A DNA stretch of 64,000 nt, taken from assembly GCA_034428635.1 (NCBI GenBank), contig DAOUHR010000085.1, positions 905-64,904 on the forward strand, written 5' to 3'. Position 1 is the first letter of the stretch. Every line of letters starts with the position of its first letter. This stretch comes from Dehalococcoidia bacterium. GTDB lineage: Bacteria; Chloroflexota; Dehalococcoidia; Lucifugimonadales; UBA3495. The notes beneath the pieces were generated by a model. The model was given only the letters and a program-made list of their open reading frames with translations. It did no database searches and had not been told where the DNA came from. Below, piece by piece: positions 35,305-44,356 of the stretch. The position numbers and the translations under genes are program-made.

Positions 35305-35706
35305 ATGAAGGTATACGTGGCCAGCTCCTGGCAAAACGACGTCTATCCGAAAGTCGTGGAAACGCTGCGGCAGGCCGGCCACGATGTGTATGACTTCCGG
35401 CGCCAGGGTGGCTCCGACTCCAATCCCTCTGAAATGACCTCCGACCGACTGCTCGACTTCCTGGACGAGCCCAAGGTTCGCTCCATTTTCCAGAACGATA
35501 TGGATGCCCTGATCGCCAGCGACGCCGTCGTCTGCGTCCTTCCTTGCGGCCGCTCCGCCCACCTGGAATTGGGTTACGGCATCGGGGCCGGCAAGCGCAC
35601 CGTTCTCCTCTGGCACGATGGTGACGCCCCCGACATCATGCACAAGGCGGTGGACTCCATCGTCTTCAAGGTGGCGGACATTGCCGGGGCGCTCACCGGC
35701 GACTGA
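35305..35706 (+). CDS. nucleoside 2-deoxyribosyltransferase-like protein (tentative)
   Basis: MKVYVASSW... and DAVVCVLPCGRSAHLELGYGIGAGKRTVLL resemble the NDT-like fold motifs. 133 aa. Confidence 0.45.
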   Translation: MKVYVASSWQNDVYPKVVETLRQAGHDVYDFRRQGGSDSNPSEMTSDRLLDFLDEPKVRSIFQNDMDALIASDAVVCVLPCGRSAHLELGYGIGAGKRTVLLWHDGDAPDIMHKAVDSIVFKVADIAGALTGD

Positions 35707-35802
35707 CCTGCCCGGCCAGGCGGGACAACAGCCGCGAATAGAGGGGACGCTGCGATTATGTGAAAATGTAGGCGGGTCGTGGTCCGAACGGGGAAAAGTG
35801 AA

Positions 35803-37593
35803 TCAGGGGACGCGGGGCAAGGTAAATATGAAGGCGCAACCCTCGCCCTCTTTGCTTTCCACCGTAATCTGGCCCCCGTGCGCCTCCACCAGTTGCTTGA
35901 CGATAGACAGGCCCAGGCCGGTGCCGCTGTCCCGCCGCGACCGGTTTACCTTGTAGAACCGCTCGAACAGGTGGGGCAAATGTTGTGGAGCAACGCCGAC
36001 CCCCGTGTCCTTGAACACAACCTGAACCTGCCCTTCCGACGCTTCGGCGCCTATGCGAATCTCCCCACCAGGCGGCGTGAACTTCAGCGAGTTTTCAACC
36101 AGGTTCACAAATACCTGGGTCAGCTTCTCACCGTCTGCCATTATCTGGGGCAGGTCATCGTCCAGTTCTTCCATCACGTCCACTTCCTGGGCCGCGGCGA
36201 CCTCTTCGAACTGCCTCTTCACTGCCTGGACCAGCGGCGCCAGGGCCATTGGTTCCGCATCTATCTTGAACTGGCCGCTCTCCATCCGGGACAACTCCAA
36301 AAGGTCGTTGACCAGGCCGTTAATCCGGTCCACATCCCCCCGCATCCGGGACAGGAAATCCAGCGCCACCTGCGTGTCGTTCACCGCGCCGGACTCCAGG
36401 GTCTCCACCATGGCCTTGATGGACGCCATGGGGTTACGCAATTCGTGGGACACATTGCTCACAAACTCCCGCTGGCTCGTCTCCACCTGCCGCATCCGGG
36501 TCAGATCGTGCAGGGTCAGGAGCACCCCCCCGTTGTTGTCCAGCGGTGTTGCAATGGCGCTCAGGTACCGGCGGGGCAGAATCAGCGAGACCTCTGCCTC
36601 GTGGCGCACCTGCTCATTCTGGCATCTGGTCAAAAGCTGGTGAATCTCGTTGTCCCGCACCAGTTCCCCCAGGCGTACTCCCTCCACCTGCTCGGCGCGA
36701 ATCCCCAGCAGGTCCCGGGCCGCGGGATTGAACAGGGACACCCGGCCACCGGGGTCTGTTACCACTACTCCGTCGGCCATCGTCCCCAGCACCGCCGACA
36801 GCGTGTCCCGTTCCGACGAAAGGCGGGTAATCACGCTTTTCATGGTGTCGGCCATGTGGTTGAAGGACTCGGTAAGCTGGCGAGAATCTTCGTAGGCGCC
36901 GGAGGGGACCCGGTAGTCGAAGTCGCCCTGCTCCAGTTGCTGGGAGGCCCGGGCCACATCACGGAGAGAACTGGAGGAACGGCGAGCCACCAGCCAGATT
37001 GCCACCACACCCCAAGTCCCCACCGCCAACCCCCAGATCGCAAGCCAGACGAATACGGCGTCTACTCCAGAGGAAGGCTCCGGTACCGGCGTCCTCAGCC
37101 TGATTACCCCGACTACTTTGCCGTCATTTGTAATCGGCGCCGCGGTGTAGAGAACCCTGGGAGGGTCCGCGTGAAATACCGTCCGTTGGGAGCTGGCCAC
37201 GTTGCCGTGGCGGGCCTGGAGAAGGTCATAGTCAGAGCTGAAGTCGTAACTGGAGTCGTCTTTCCCGTCAATGGCAGGATTTTCCCAATTGCTGTCGGCC
37301 ACCGCCTCGCCGGACAGGGAAATAATGGTGACCCTGCCGCTCACCCATCGGCTCAGGGTCTTGCCTAGTTCGTGCAGGGATTCCCGGTCCGGAGGCTCCG
37401 GGGTGTCAGCCAAGTAGGGCGCCGCCAGGGTGGCAGCAAGACGCGCTTCGTATTCTCTCTGGTCTTCCAGGTCCGCGACACTTTGGGGAGAGGAATCTTC
37501 TTTCAGCAAGAAGAACAAAGCGGCCAGTGAGGCTATGACAATGACCGCGTAGATGAAGGAAACGCGCCAAATAAGGGACCGGTGGAACTTCAT
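35803..37593 (-). CDS. sensor histidine kinase (TM-HAMP-PAS-HisKA-HATPase)
   Basis: H-box SHELRNPMASI, plus N/G boxes (NLVENSLKF, DTGVGV, GTGLGLSIV). N-terminal TM segment. 4-nt overlap with the regulator gene. Confidence 0.9.
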   Translation of the reverse strand: MKFHRSLIWRVSFIYAVIVIASLAALFFLLKEDSSPQSVADLEDQREYEARLAATLAAPYLADTPEPPDRESLHELGKTLSRWVSGRVTIISLSGEAVADSNWENPAIDGKDDSSYDFSSDYDLLQARHGNVASSQRTVFHADPPRVLYTAAPITNDGKVVGVIRLRTPVPEPSSGVDAVFVWLAIWGLAVGTWGVVAIWLVARRSSSSLRDVARASQQLEQGDFDYRVPSGAYEDSRQLTESFNHMADTMKSVITRLSSERDTLSAVLGTMADGVVVTDPGGRVSLFNPAARDLLGIRAEQVEGVRLGELVRDNEIHQLLTRCQNEQVRHEAEVSLILPRRYLSAIATPLDNNGGVLLTLHDLTRMRQVETSQREFVSNVSHELRNPMASIKAMVETLESGAVNDTQVALDFLSRMRGDVDRINGLVNDLLELSRMESGQFKIDAEPMALAPLVQAVKRQFEEVAAAQEVDVMEELDDDLPQIMADGEKLTQVFVNLVENSLKFTPPGGEIRIGAEASEGQVQVVFKDTGVGVAPQHLPHLFERFYKVNRSRRDSGTGLGLSIVKQLVEAHGGQITVESKEGEGCAFIFTLPRVP

Positions 37594-38384
37594 CCGTCCA
37601 GGCGATAGCCCACTCCTCTAATGGTAACAATGCTGCGCGCGGTGCTGGAGTCCCCCTGCAGCTTCTCCCGCAGCCAGCTTATGTAGACGTCAACGGTCCT
37701 GGTCTGGCCTACGTAATCGTACCCCCACACCTTTTCCAGGATCTGGTCCCGGGTAAAGGCCCGCCCCTTGTTGGCAACCAGCAGCGCCAGCAGGTCAAAT
37801 TCCTTGGGCTTCAGGTTAAGGGGCTGCCCGGCCAGCCGGGCTTCGTGGCTGTTCAGGTCTATTTCCAGGGCGCCAATCCGGTAGTTCTGCTCTTCGTCGG
37901 CGCCAGCCTGGTTCTCTTCCAGGTACCTGGTGCGCCGCAGCGTGTTGCGCACCCGCGCCACCAGTTCCCGGATGCTGAAGGGCTTGGTAATGTAATCGTC
38001 GGCCCCCAGTTCCAGTCCCACCACCCGGTCAACCTCTTCACCCTTGGCAGTGACGATGAGAATGGGGACTTCAGACTCGCGGCGGAGGATACGGCAAATT
38101 TCGAAGCCGTCCAGGGTGGGGAGCATTATATCCAGCAGGACCAGGGAAGGGTTGAGCTTGCGGGCCATCTCCAGCCCCTCGCCGCCGTCGGTGGCGGTAT
38201 GGACCGTGTAACCCTCACGCTCCAGGTTGTAGCGCAGGGCTTCCAGAAGATTTTCCTCGTCTTCAACGACGAGCACTGAGCGTTCCGGCACTTCACCCTC
38301 TGCCCGGGACTGTCCGTCCCGGGGCTCATTATTGATCACCGTTGACCTTCGGCTGAAAAGGGCGCGTCCGCCTTTTGCGTTCAA
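37590..38384 (-). CDS. OmpR/PhoB-family response regulator
   Basis: Receiver VLVVEDEENL...LLDIMLP...TAKG and wHTH ...RGVGYRL. The N-terminal ~35 aa extension means the start is uncertain. Confidence 0.9.
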   Translation of the reverse strand: MNAKGGRALFSRRSTVINNEPRDGQSRAEGEVPERSVLVVEDEENLLEALRYNLEREGYTVHTATDGGEGLEMARKLNPSLVLLDIMLPTLDGFEICRILRRESEVPILIVTAKGEEVDRVVGLELGADDYITKPFSIRELVARVRNTLRRTRYLEENQAGADEEQNYRIGALEIDLNSHEARLAGQPLNLKPKEFDLLALLVANKGRAFTRDQILEKVWGYDYVGQTRTVDVYISWLREKLQGDSSTARSIVTIRGVGYRLDG

Positions 38385-38415
38385 TTATTGGGAACAGGCA
38401 GCCGGATTGGTACCG

Positions 38416-38748
38416 CTAGTCCGCCGCCAGCGCCAGTTCGGGACTGTCAATGATCTGGGTTGCCATACGCAGTTCGTCCAGCGAGAACCGGCTTACTTCC
38501 CGTAGGCCGGCCCAGGAAATTACCAGGGTCTCATCGTATTCTATGCACACCGACCAGGGACTGAGTTCGTCCTGCCGGTCTACGTAGGACACCAGTTTCC
38601 CACCTGTTACGGGGTGGCGGTTGTCCGGTGCGTTTTCCTTGAGCCAGTGGTGGGGGAATGTCGACTCCTGGCCGTTGCCCCAGTGGAGGACCAGCCCATC
38701 TTCATCCCGGGTTACCTTTACGCTGGAGGGGGCAGCAAAATCATTCAT
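38416..38748 (-). CDS. DUF971-like protein (gamma-butyrobetaine hydroxylase N-terminal-like)
   Basis: LVLHWGNGQESTFPHHWLKENAPDNRHPVTGGKL matches the DUF971 pattern by eye. 110 aa. Confidence 0.65.
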   Translation of the reverse strand: MNDFAAPSSVKVTRDEDGLVLHWGNGQESTFPHHWLKENAPDNRHPVTGGKLVSYVDRQDELSPWSVCIEYDETLVISWAGLREVSRFSLDELRMATQIIDSPELALAAD

Positions 38749-39082
38749 ACCTTCCTCCTTTCTTAAACAACTCTTGGTCTGCCACTCAGAATAGGCGACA
38801 GGTATTAACCTCTAATTACGAAGAAGTTAAATCTTAATTTCCTGAATGTTAAAATTATATTAACATTAATGGTATGGAATCGTCAACTTTTGACGAATAT
38901 GCAGAAATCGGCTCACCTAACGATGCCTGCTTTTCGAATAGCGAGTTACTGATTTCGGAACCCTCAGCTAAGTAAGGGAACCGGGTTCCCCACCGACACT
39001 CCCCCCTTGCCATCCTGCATAACCCATCTCCACCATAAGAATACAGCCTGGAAAAAGGGAAACGGAGGCAAGCGCTCCCCAC

Positions 39083-39203
39083 CGTAGGGGCAGACCTGCG
39101 TGTCTGCCCTGGCCTGGCGCATCAACCGTAGGGGTAGACCTGCGTGTCTGCCCTGTCCCACCGGCGGTAATCGTAGGGGCAGACCTGCGTGTCTGCCCTG
39201 GTC
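39083..39203 (+). repeat. array of three REP-like units (GTAG + 8-bp hairpin)
   Basis: Units at 39083, 39127 and 39172: cGTAGGGG(C/T)AGAC-ctgcgt-GTCTGCCCtg. All are in direct orientation with 12-13-nt linkers. Confidence 0.8.
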
Positions 39204-39249
39204 GAGGGACAATACCCCCTCCACCCTCCGGTACCAGCCCCGGGGGTGA

Positions 39250-39332
39250 GGGCAAAAACGGCACAAAATGGCACAAAACGGGACACTTTTCCAAAAATCC
39301 CACCTTCGTGCCCCTTCGTGTCCCTTCGTGGA
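39250..39332 (+). repeat. ~80-bp tract of strictly 10-bp-phased direct repeats
   Basis: gggcaaaaac/ggcacaaaat/ggcacaaaac/gggacacttt (39250-39289), then caccttcgtg/ccccttcgtg/tcccttcgtg (39301-39330). The 19-mer cttcgtgtcccttcgtgga (39314-39332) is identical to 7163-7181. Confidence 0.65.
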
Positions 39333-39355
39333 AGAAAAAAAGGAGACAGACAACC

Positions 39356-39751
39356 ATGCGAACCCTCAGCGAAATCAGAAGAGAAATCCGCGCCCTCCAG
39401 CGCAAATACCACCGCCAACTCACCATCTACCGCATGCGCCGCGTCACCGAACAGGTCTACAACGACTACGCCCGCGCCGTAGGCGACCAGCAGGAACCGC
39501 CCAAACCATTGGAGGTAATCCGCAAGATCGCCGACCAGGGCTTCCGCCTCACCACCTGGATGCACCTGCACAACTACCTGGACAAGGTTAGGGAAAAGGG
39601 AGCCATCCCCGAACCCCGGCGCATGCTGCTGGCCCTGCTCCCCTGGGCCTGGGAGAGCAAGTACGACAAATTGCTCATGCGGGAACTGCCCGCCCCAAAG
39701 CCCAAACCCGACCTGTCCCTGCTCTGGGCCCGATGGTTCGCCATGGCATAA
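39356..39751 (+). CDS. hypothetical basic protein (131 aa)
   Basis: ATG 39356 follows AAAGGAGA. No family recognised. Bracketed by the two REP-like arrays. Confidence 0.5.
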   Translation: MRTLSEIRREIRALQRKYHRQLTIYRMRRVTEQVYNDYARAVGDQQEPPKPLEVIRKIADQGFRLTTWMHLHNYLDKVREKGAIPEPRRMLLALLPWAWESKYDKLLMRELPAPKPKPDLSLLWARWFAMA

Positions 39752-39776
39752 GACCCGAACGACGGCAAAACCCCCA

Positions 39777-39897
39777 TCGTAGGGGCAGACCTATGTGTCT
39801 GCCCTGGCCCCACAGGTCAACCGTAGGGGCAGACCTATGTGTCTGCCCTGGCCCACCGGCGGCAATCGTAGGGGCAGACCTGCGTGTCTGCCCTGGT
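39777..39897 (+). repeat. second array of three REP-like units, colinear copy of 39083-39203
   Basis: Units at 39777, 39821 and 39866 have the same order, linkers (..tcaac.., ..caccggcgg(t/c)aat..) and orientation as the upstream array. Confidence 0.8.
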
Positions 39898-40024
39898 CTC
39901 AAGCAACCATCGCGGGAGCAGCCCTGGCGGCGGAAGTATTGATCGGGGGCGGCATACCTGAATTCTTGACCTGATATCTCGGCAAGACCACCGTAATTGC
40001 AAATCTGGGCTGGCTAGTCTATTT

Positions 40025-40053
40025 TTGCAATTTCCCCTTGCCTCATTTAATAT
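40025..40053 (+). promoter_or_regulatory. candidate sigma70-type promoter of ftsH
   Basis: TTGCAA (40025-40030), 17 nt, TAATAT (40048-40053), about 70 nt upstream of the ftsH ATG. Confidence 0.35.
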
Positions 40054-40125
40054 ATACTTCTAGGGATGGGATGCTGGGCAAGGGATCGGCCCTCAAGTCG
40101 GTCGTACAAGGGGAAGAAATTGAGA

Positions 40126-42120
40126 ATGGGAAATAACCGGTGGCTCCGCAACAGTCTGGTTTACCTGTTGATAATCATCGGGGTTATCGTCATCTTTTAC
40201 ACCCTGATTCCGGCCTTCGGCACAAGCAACGATTTGCCCCTTACTGAAGTGATTGCCAAGGCCCAGAACCACGAAATCAGCGAGATTATCGTGGAGGGCG
40301 ACAAGCTCACCGTAATTCCCATCGTTACCGGCGGCGCCGGCGGCGCCCAGTACACCAGTCGCATCAACGAGCAAACCGACATTATGCAGGTGCTGGCAGC
40401 CAACGACGTGGAAACCGGCCCCGCGGGCGTACAGGTTACCTTCAAGGGTTCCGGCGGCCTTGGCAGCTTCCTCGGCCTGCTGCTCAACTTCCTGCCGCTC
40501 ATCTTCTTCGGCGGCCTCATCCTGTTTATGATGCGCCAGGCCCAGGGCAGCAATAACCAGACCCTGAGCTTCGGTCGCAGCCGCGCTCGTATGATGCCCT
40601 TCAATCGTCCTACCGTCACCTTCTCCGACGTGGCCGGCGTGGACGAGGCCAAGACGGAACTGGTAGAAGTGGTCGAGTTCCTCAAGTACCCGGAACGCTT
40701 CTTGTCCCTCGGCGCCCGCATCCCCAAGGGTGTGCTGCTGGTGGGCCAGCCCGGCACGGGCAAGACCCTGCTGGCTCGGGCCGTCGCCGGCGAGGCGGGA
40801 GTCCCCTTCTTCCATATCAGCGGCAGCGAATTTGTCGAAATGTTCGTGGGCGTGGGCGCGGCCCGGGTCCGCGACCTGTTCGAACAGGCCAAGCGCAACG
40901 CCCCCTGTATCGTTTTCGTGGACGAGATTGACGCCGTAGGCCGCCACCGTGGCGCCGGCTTGGGCGGCGGCCACGACGAGCGGGAGCAGACCCTGAACCA
41001 GATCCTGGTGGAGATGGACGGGTTCGAAAGCACCACCAACATCATCGTCCTCGCCGCCACCAACCGCCCGGACATTCTCGACCCGGCCCTGCTCCGTCCC
41101 GGCCGTTTCGACCGGCGCGTGGTGCTGGACCTGCCCGACGTGGTGGGTCGCCAGGCTATCCTCAAGGTACACTCCGCCGGCAAGCCCTTGGCAGCCGAGA
41201 TCAACCTGGAAACCCTGGCCAAGGAAACACCGGGATTCAGCGGCGCCGACCTGTCCAACCTGATTAACGAGGCGGCCCTGCTGGCAGCCCGCAAGAACCA
41301 GAAAACCATCCTCATGCCGGACTTTGAGGAGGCTGTGGAACGTGTCATCGCCGGCCCCGAGCGGAAGAGCCGGGTCATAAACAGCCGGGAAAAGGAAATG
41401 ACGGCCTACCACGAGGCCGGCCACGCCCTGGTCGCCTGGGTCCTCCCCCACGCCGACCGGGTGCACAAGATTTCCATCATCTCCCGCGGCAATATGGGCG
41501 GCCACACTACTCTGCTTCCGGAGGAAGACCGGTACCTGTGGACCAAGAACCAGTTCCTGGACATGATGGCCGTTACCATGGGTGGCCGGGTGGCCGAGGA
41601 GCAGATCTTCGACGAGGTAACCACCGGGGCCAGCAACGACTTGGAAAGGGCTACCAAGATTGCCCTGAGCATGATCAAACGCTACGGCATGAGTAGCGCA
41701 CTGGGCCCCCGCACCTTCGGCAAGCGCGAGGAACTGGTCTTCCTGGGCCGTGAGCTTAGCGAAGAGCGCGACTACGGCGACAAGGTGGCCGAGGAGATTG
41801 ACCAGGAGGTCAAGGAACTGGTCAACAACGCCTACGTCCAGGCGTGCGACATCCTTACCGAGCAGAAGCCCAACCTGGTGCGGATTGCCGAGTATCTGAT
41901 AGAGCACGAGGCCGTATCCGGCGACGACCTGCAGCGCCTGTTCAATGGCGAGGAAATGACCGGGGGAGGAGACCAGGGCAATCCGGCAATACCTCCCGAC
42001 GCGCCGCCCTTTGCTCCCAAGCCGGCCCAGCCAAATGTTTCGCCTCAGCCGGCCCCCACGCTGTCCAGCCAACACGACCAGGACTTGGGCGCCATGCCCT
42101 CCGGCAGCGGGGACAATTAA
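40126..42120 (+). CDS. ftsH: ATP-dependent zinc metalloprotease FtsH
   Basis: N-terminal TM, Walker [15 protein letters not shown], and zinc site HEAGHALV. Start taken at ATG 40126 (MGNNRWLRN...). Confidence 0.95.
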   Translation: MGNNRWLRNSLVYLLIIIGVIVIFYTLIPAFGTSNDLPLTEVIAKAQNHEISEIIVEGDKLTVIPIVTGGAGGAQYTSRINEQTDIMQVLAANDVETGPAGVQVTFKGSGGLGSFLGLLLNFLPLIFFGGLILFMMRQAQGSNNQTLSFGRSRARMMPFNRPTVTFSDVAGVDEAKTELVEVVEFLKYPERFLSLGARIPKGVLLVGQPGTGKTLLARAVAGEAGVPFFHISGSEFVEMFVGVGAARVRDLFEQAKRNAPCIVFVDEIDAVGRHRGAGLGGGHDEREQTLNQILVEMDGFESTTNIIVLAATNRPDILDPALLRPGRFDRRVVLDLPDVVGRQAILKVHSAGKPLAAEINLETLAKETPGFSGADLSNLINEAALLAARKNQKTILMPDFEEAVERVIAGPERKSRVINSREKEMTAYHEAGHALVAWVLPHADRVHKISIISRGNMGGHTTLLPEEDRYLWTKNQFLDMMAVTMGGRVAEEQIFDEVTTGASNDLERATKIALSMIKRYGMSSALGPRTFGKREELVFLGRELSEERDYGDKVAEEIDQEVKELVNNAYVQACDILTEQKPNLVRIAEYLIEHEAVSGDDLQRLFNGEEMTGGGDQGNPAIPPDAPPFAPKPAQPNVSPQPAPTLSSQHDQDLGAMPSGSGDN

Positions 42121-42162
42121 CCTGCCAAAGCCAACGGCGCCAGCCAGCCACTGCATACACAA

Positions 42163-42190
42163 CAGGGCCGGGGTGCAGACCCCGGCCCTG
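42163..42190 (+). terminator. terminator-like hairpin after ftsH
   Basis: 11-bp stem cagggccgggg/ccccggccctg with a 6-nt loop, followed by tctattcat (T-poor tail). Confidence 0.5.
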
Positions 42191-42614
42191 TCTATTCATA
42201 ACACCCGCCAGGCTCTGCGGTGCGGTTCTGGATTACCTGGTAGTATTCATCGGATGGATCGGGCATGGTATGAACGGCCCCATCACCCAATACTGCCGCA
42301 AGTGCCATCGCCGCCTTTAAACCCCGGGCACCCTTTACTGCGACGACTGCCTTCTAGATGTCCGCTGGGGAGAGGACGAACTCAGGGATGCTCCCAACAG
42401 GAAGTAGAATGCTAAGTCCACAGGATACGAAACCGCGGGTTATGAGGAACCTCTGACTAAACCGTAGCCATTGCGGCGAGGGCCAGTATCCCGGAAGCAA
42501 TTCCGTCTCTTCAGCTATGAAATGGGCTCTTGACCCCCATCCTCCCCTTCCCCTGTCGAGGGCGCAGGGATTGTTTAGAGACTTCTTGGGCGCCATGGCC
42601 GGGCCGGGATACCC

Positions 42615-42884
42615 TTAGCCTTCTGCGTCCCCCTGCTCCCCTTCCAGTGGCAGCTGCCGGAAGTAGAGGCCCCATTCCTGCATCAGGGCGGCCACACGGT
42701 CGTCCTTGAGGTTGACGAGTTCTCGGAAGAACCCGGCCAGCGCATGGGCCGGTACCTGCTCAGGATCGCAGACCCAGCTTCGTTCTGCCGGCACCACGTA
42801 GAGCAGTCCGCTCTGGTGGGGGCAGGTAACCTGTATTCGGGTCATGTCCGCCCCATGCTTAATGGTCATTCCATTGTCCGGCAT
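42615..42884 (-). CDS. hypothetical protein (89 aa)
   Basis: ATG preceded by GGGAGG at about 8 nt. No family recognised. Confidence 0.45.
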   Translation of the reverse strand: MPDNGMTIKHGADMTRIQVTCPHQSGLLYVVPAERSWVCDPEQVPAHALAGFFRELVNLKDDRVAALMQEWGLYFRQLPLEGEQGDAEG

Positions 42885-43177
42885 AGGTTACTGGCCTCCC
42901 GCCCCGGTGAAGATTTGCTAGTTGAAAGGACTGGCGCCGCTGCGCCTTCGAGGAGCTTAACAGTCATCAATTATATGCCCGCCACTCCCCGCAGGCCAGC
43001 ACATAGCGCCCGGGCCACAGGGCAGGATGGTGCAATCCGTGTCGAATTCGGGCAAAAGCGTCACGGCCTTGCATTTAATGGTAGAATCTATAAATGTCAT
43101 TTCCTGCCCTCTGAGGCATGGATAACGGCGGCGGATGAAAAAACTGCCGCCGGAATATTATTGGAAGGAAACCGCTT

Positions 43178-44260
43178 ATGTATCCTCCTGGCGGACAACG
43201 TCAGCCTGAAATGGATTTCGACCAGGTAACTGCGAGATTTCGTGCAGGAATGGGCCGGTTCTCGGGCCGCTTTGGCAGCGGCGGACTGTTCCTGTTCATT
43301 ATAGGCATCATCGTATTGGCAATTATCGTTTGGATGGGCACCGGCGTTTACACCATTGGTCCCGGTGAAAATGCCGCCCTGCGCCTCTTCGGCGCTGTGC
43401 AGGGCAACCCGGTAACCCAGGAAGGTCTGGGGTGGTGGTGGCCCCGCCCCATAGGTCAGCGGGACGTGATCCTGGTCACTGAGACCCGCCGCATGGAGCT
43501 GGGGTTCCGCAGCAACGCGACCGGAGCTGGCAACCCCTTCCCAACCGAGGCGCTGATGATCAGCGGCGACCTGAACATCGTGGACGTTCAGATGGTGGTG
43601 CAATACAACATCAAGAGCCTGAACGACTTCCTCTTCCGGGTGGATGATCCGGGCGAGGAGACCCGCAACATTCCACAAGGCAGGCCCGACGGCCGCACCC
43701 TGAAGGATGCCGCCGAAGCAGCCCTGCGGCTGGTAGTGGGACAGCGTTCCATTGACGACATACTGGTCCGCGACCGTGAAGGTGTCGAGGAACAGACCAA
43801 GCTGCGACTGCAGGAAATCCTGGACACCTACAACACGGGTATCGACGTTCAGACGGTGCAGCTACAGGACGTGAAGGCGCCGGAAGAGGTGCGTGACGCC
43901 TTCGACGACGTGCTGCGTGCCCGCCAGGAGCGGGACACCCGCATAAACCAGGCCCGCGCCTTTGAAGCCGATATTATTCCCAGGGCTCAGGGTGACGCGG
44001 AAAGGATCAAGGAGGCTGCCGAAGCCTTCCGCCAGGCTCGTATCGCCAGGGCCCAGGGTGAAGCAGACCAGTTCAGCTTCATTCTTTCCGAGTACCAGCA
44101 GTCCAGGGAAGTGACCAGGCGCCGCCTGTACCTGGAAGCCATGGAAGAGGTGCTGCCGGGCGTCAGCAAGATAATCGTTTCGCCTGAGGCTGAGACGGTG
44201 CTGATTCTGGGAGGCCAGGAAGGCACCACTACTCCTGTTCCCATAGGTCCCCAACCATAG
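43178..44260 (+). CDS. hflK: FtsH protease modulator HflK (SPFH domain)
   Basis: N-terminal TM, then an SPFH/band-7 core (YTIGPGENAALRLFG...LMISGDLNIVDVQMVVQY...) and a coiled-coil tail. Paired with hflC. Confidence 0.88.
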   Translation: MYPPGGQRQPEMDFDQVTARFRAGMGRFSGRFGSGGLFLFIIGIIVLAIIVWMGTGVYTIGPGENAALRLFGAVQGNPVTQEGLGWWWPRPIGQRDVILVTETRRMELGFRSNATGAGNPFPTEALMISGDLNIVDVQMVVQYNIKSLNDFLFRVDDPGEETRNIPQGRPDGRTLKDAAEAALRLVVGQRSIDDILVRDREGVEEQTKLRLQEILDTYNTGIDVQTVQLQDVKAPEEVRDAFDDVLRARQERDTRINQARAFEADIIPRAQGDAERIKEAAEAFRQARIARAQGEADQFSFILSEYQQSREVTRRRLYLEAMEEVLPGVSKIIVSPEAETVLILGGQEGTTTPVPIGPQP

Positions 44261-44356
44261 TATTTAGCAAGGCACCTGCCCGGCCGTCCGGCGGGGCAGC
44301 GCCGTAATTTCCTGAACCAGGCTCAAACCGGATTCTTCGAGAGTAAAAGAGTAAAT

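Noticed and set aside
38855-39082. 75-aa minus-strand ORF and other small ORFs in the AT-rich gap upstream of the DUF971 gene
   Set aside because: No RBS and an implausible Cys/Arg/Gly-rich sequence. The ORF runs into a REP unit, so the region is more likely promoter or repeat DNA. It does contain an AATGTTAA-N7-TTAACATT palindrome (38846-38868) of unknown meaning.
39083-39897. REP-like arrays considered as a CRISPR array or as integron attC sites
   Set aside because: Units are ~32 nt but the linkers are only 12-13 nt and are conserved between the two arrays, which is not spacer-like. The repeats are GTAG plus a strong hairpin, like REPs. No cas genes or intI are present, and the RYYYAAC/GTTRRRY core sites do not fit.
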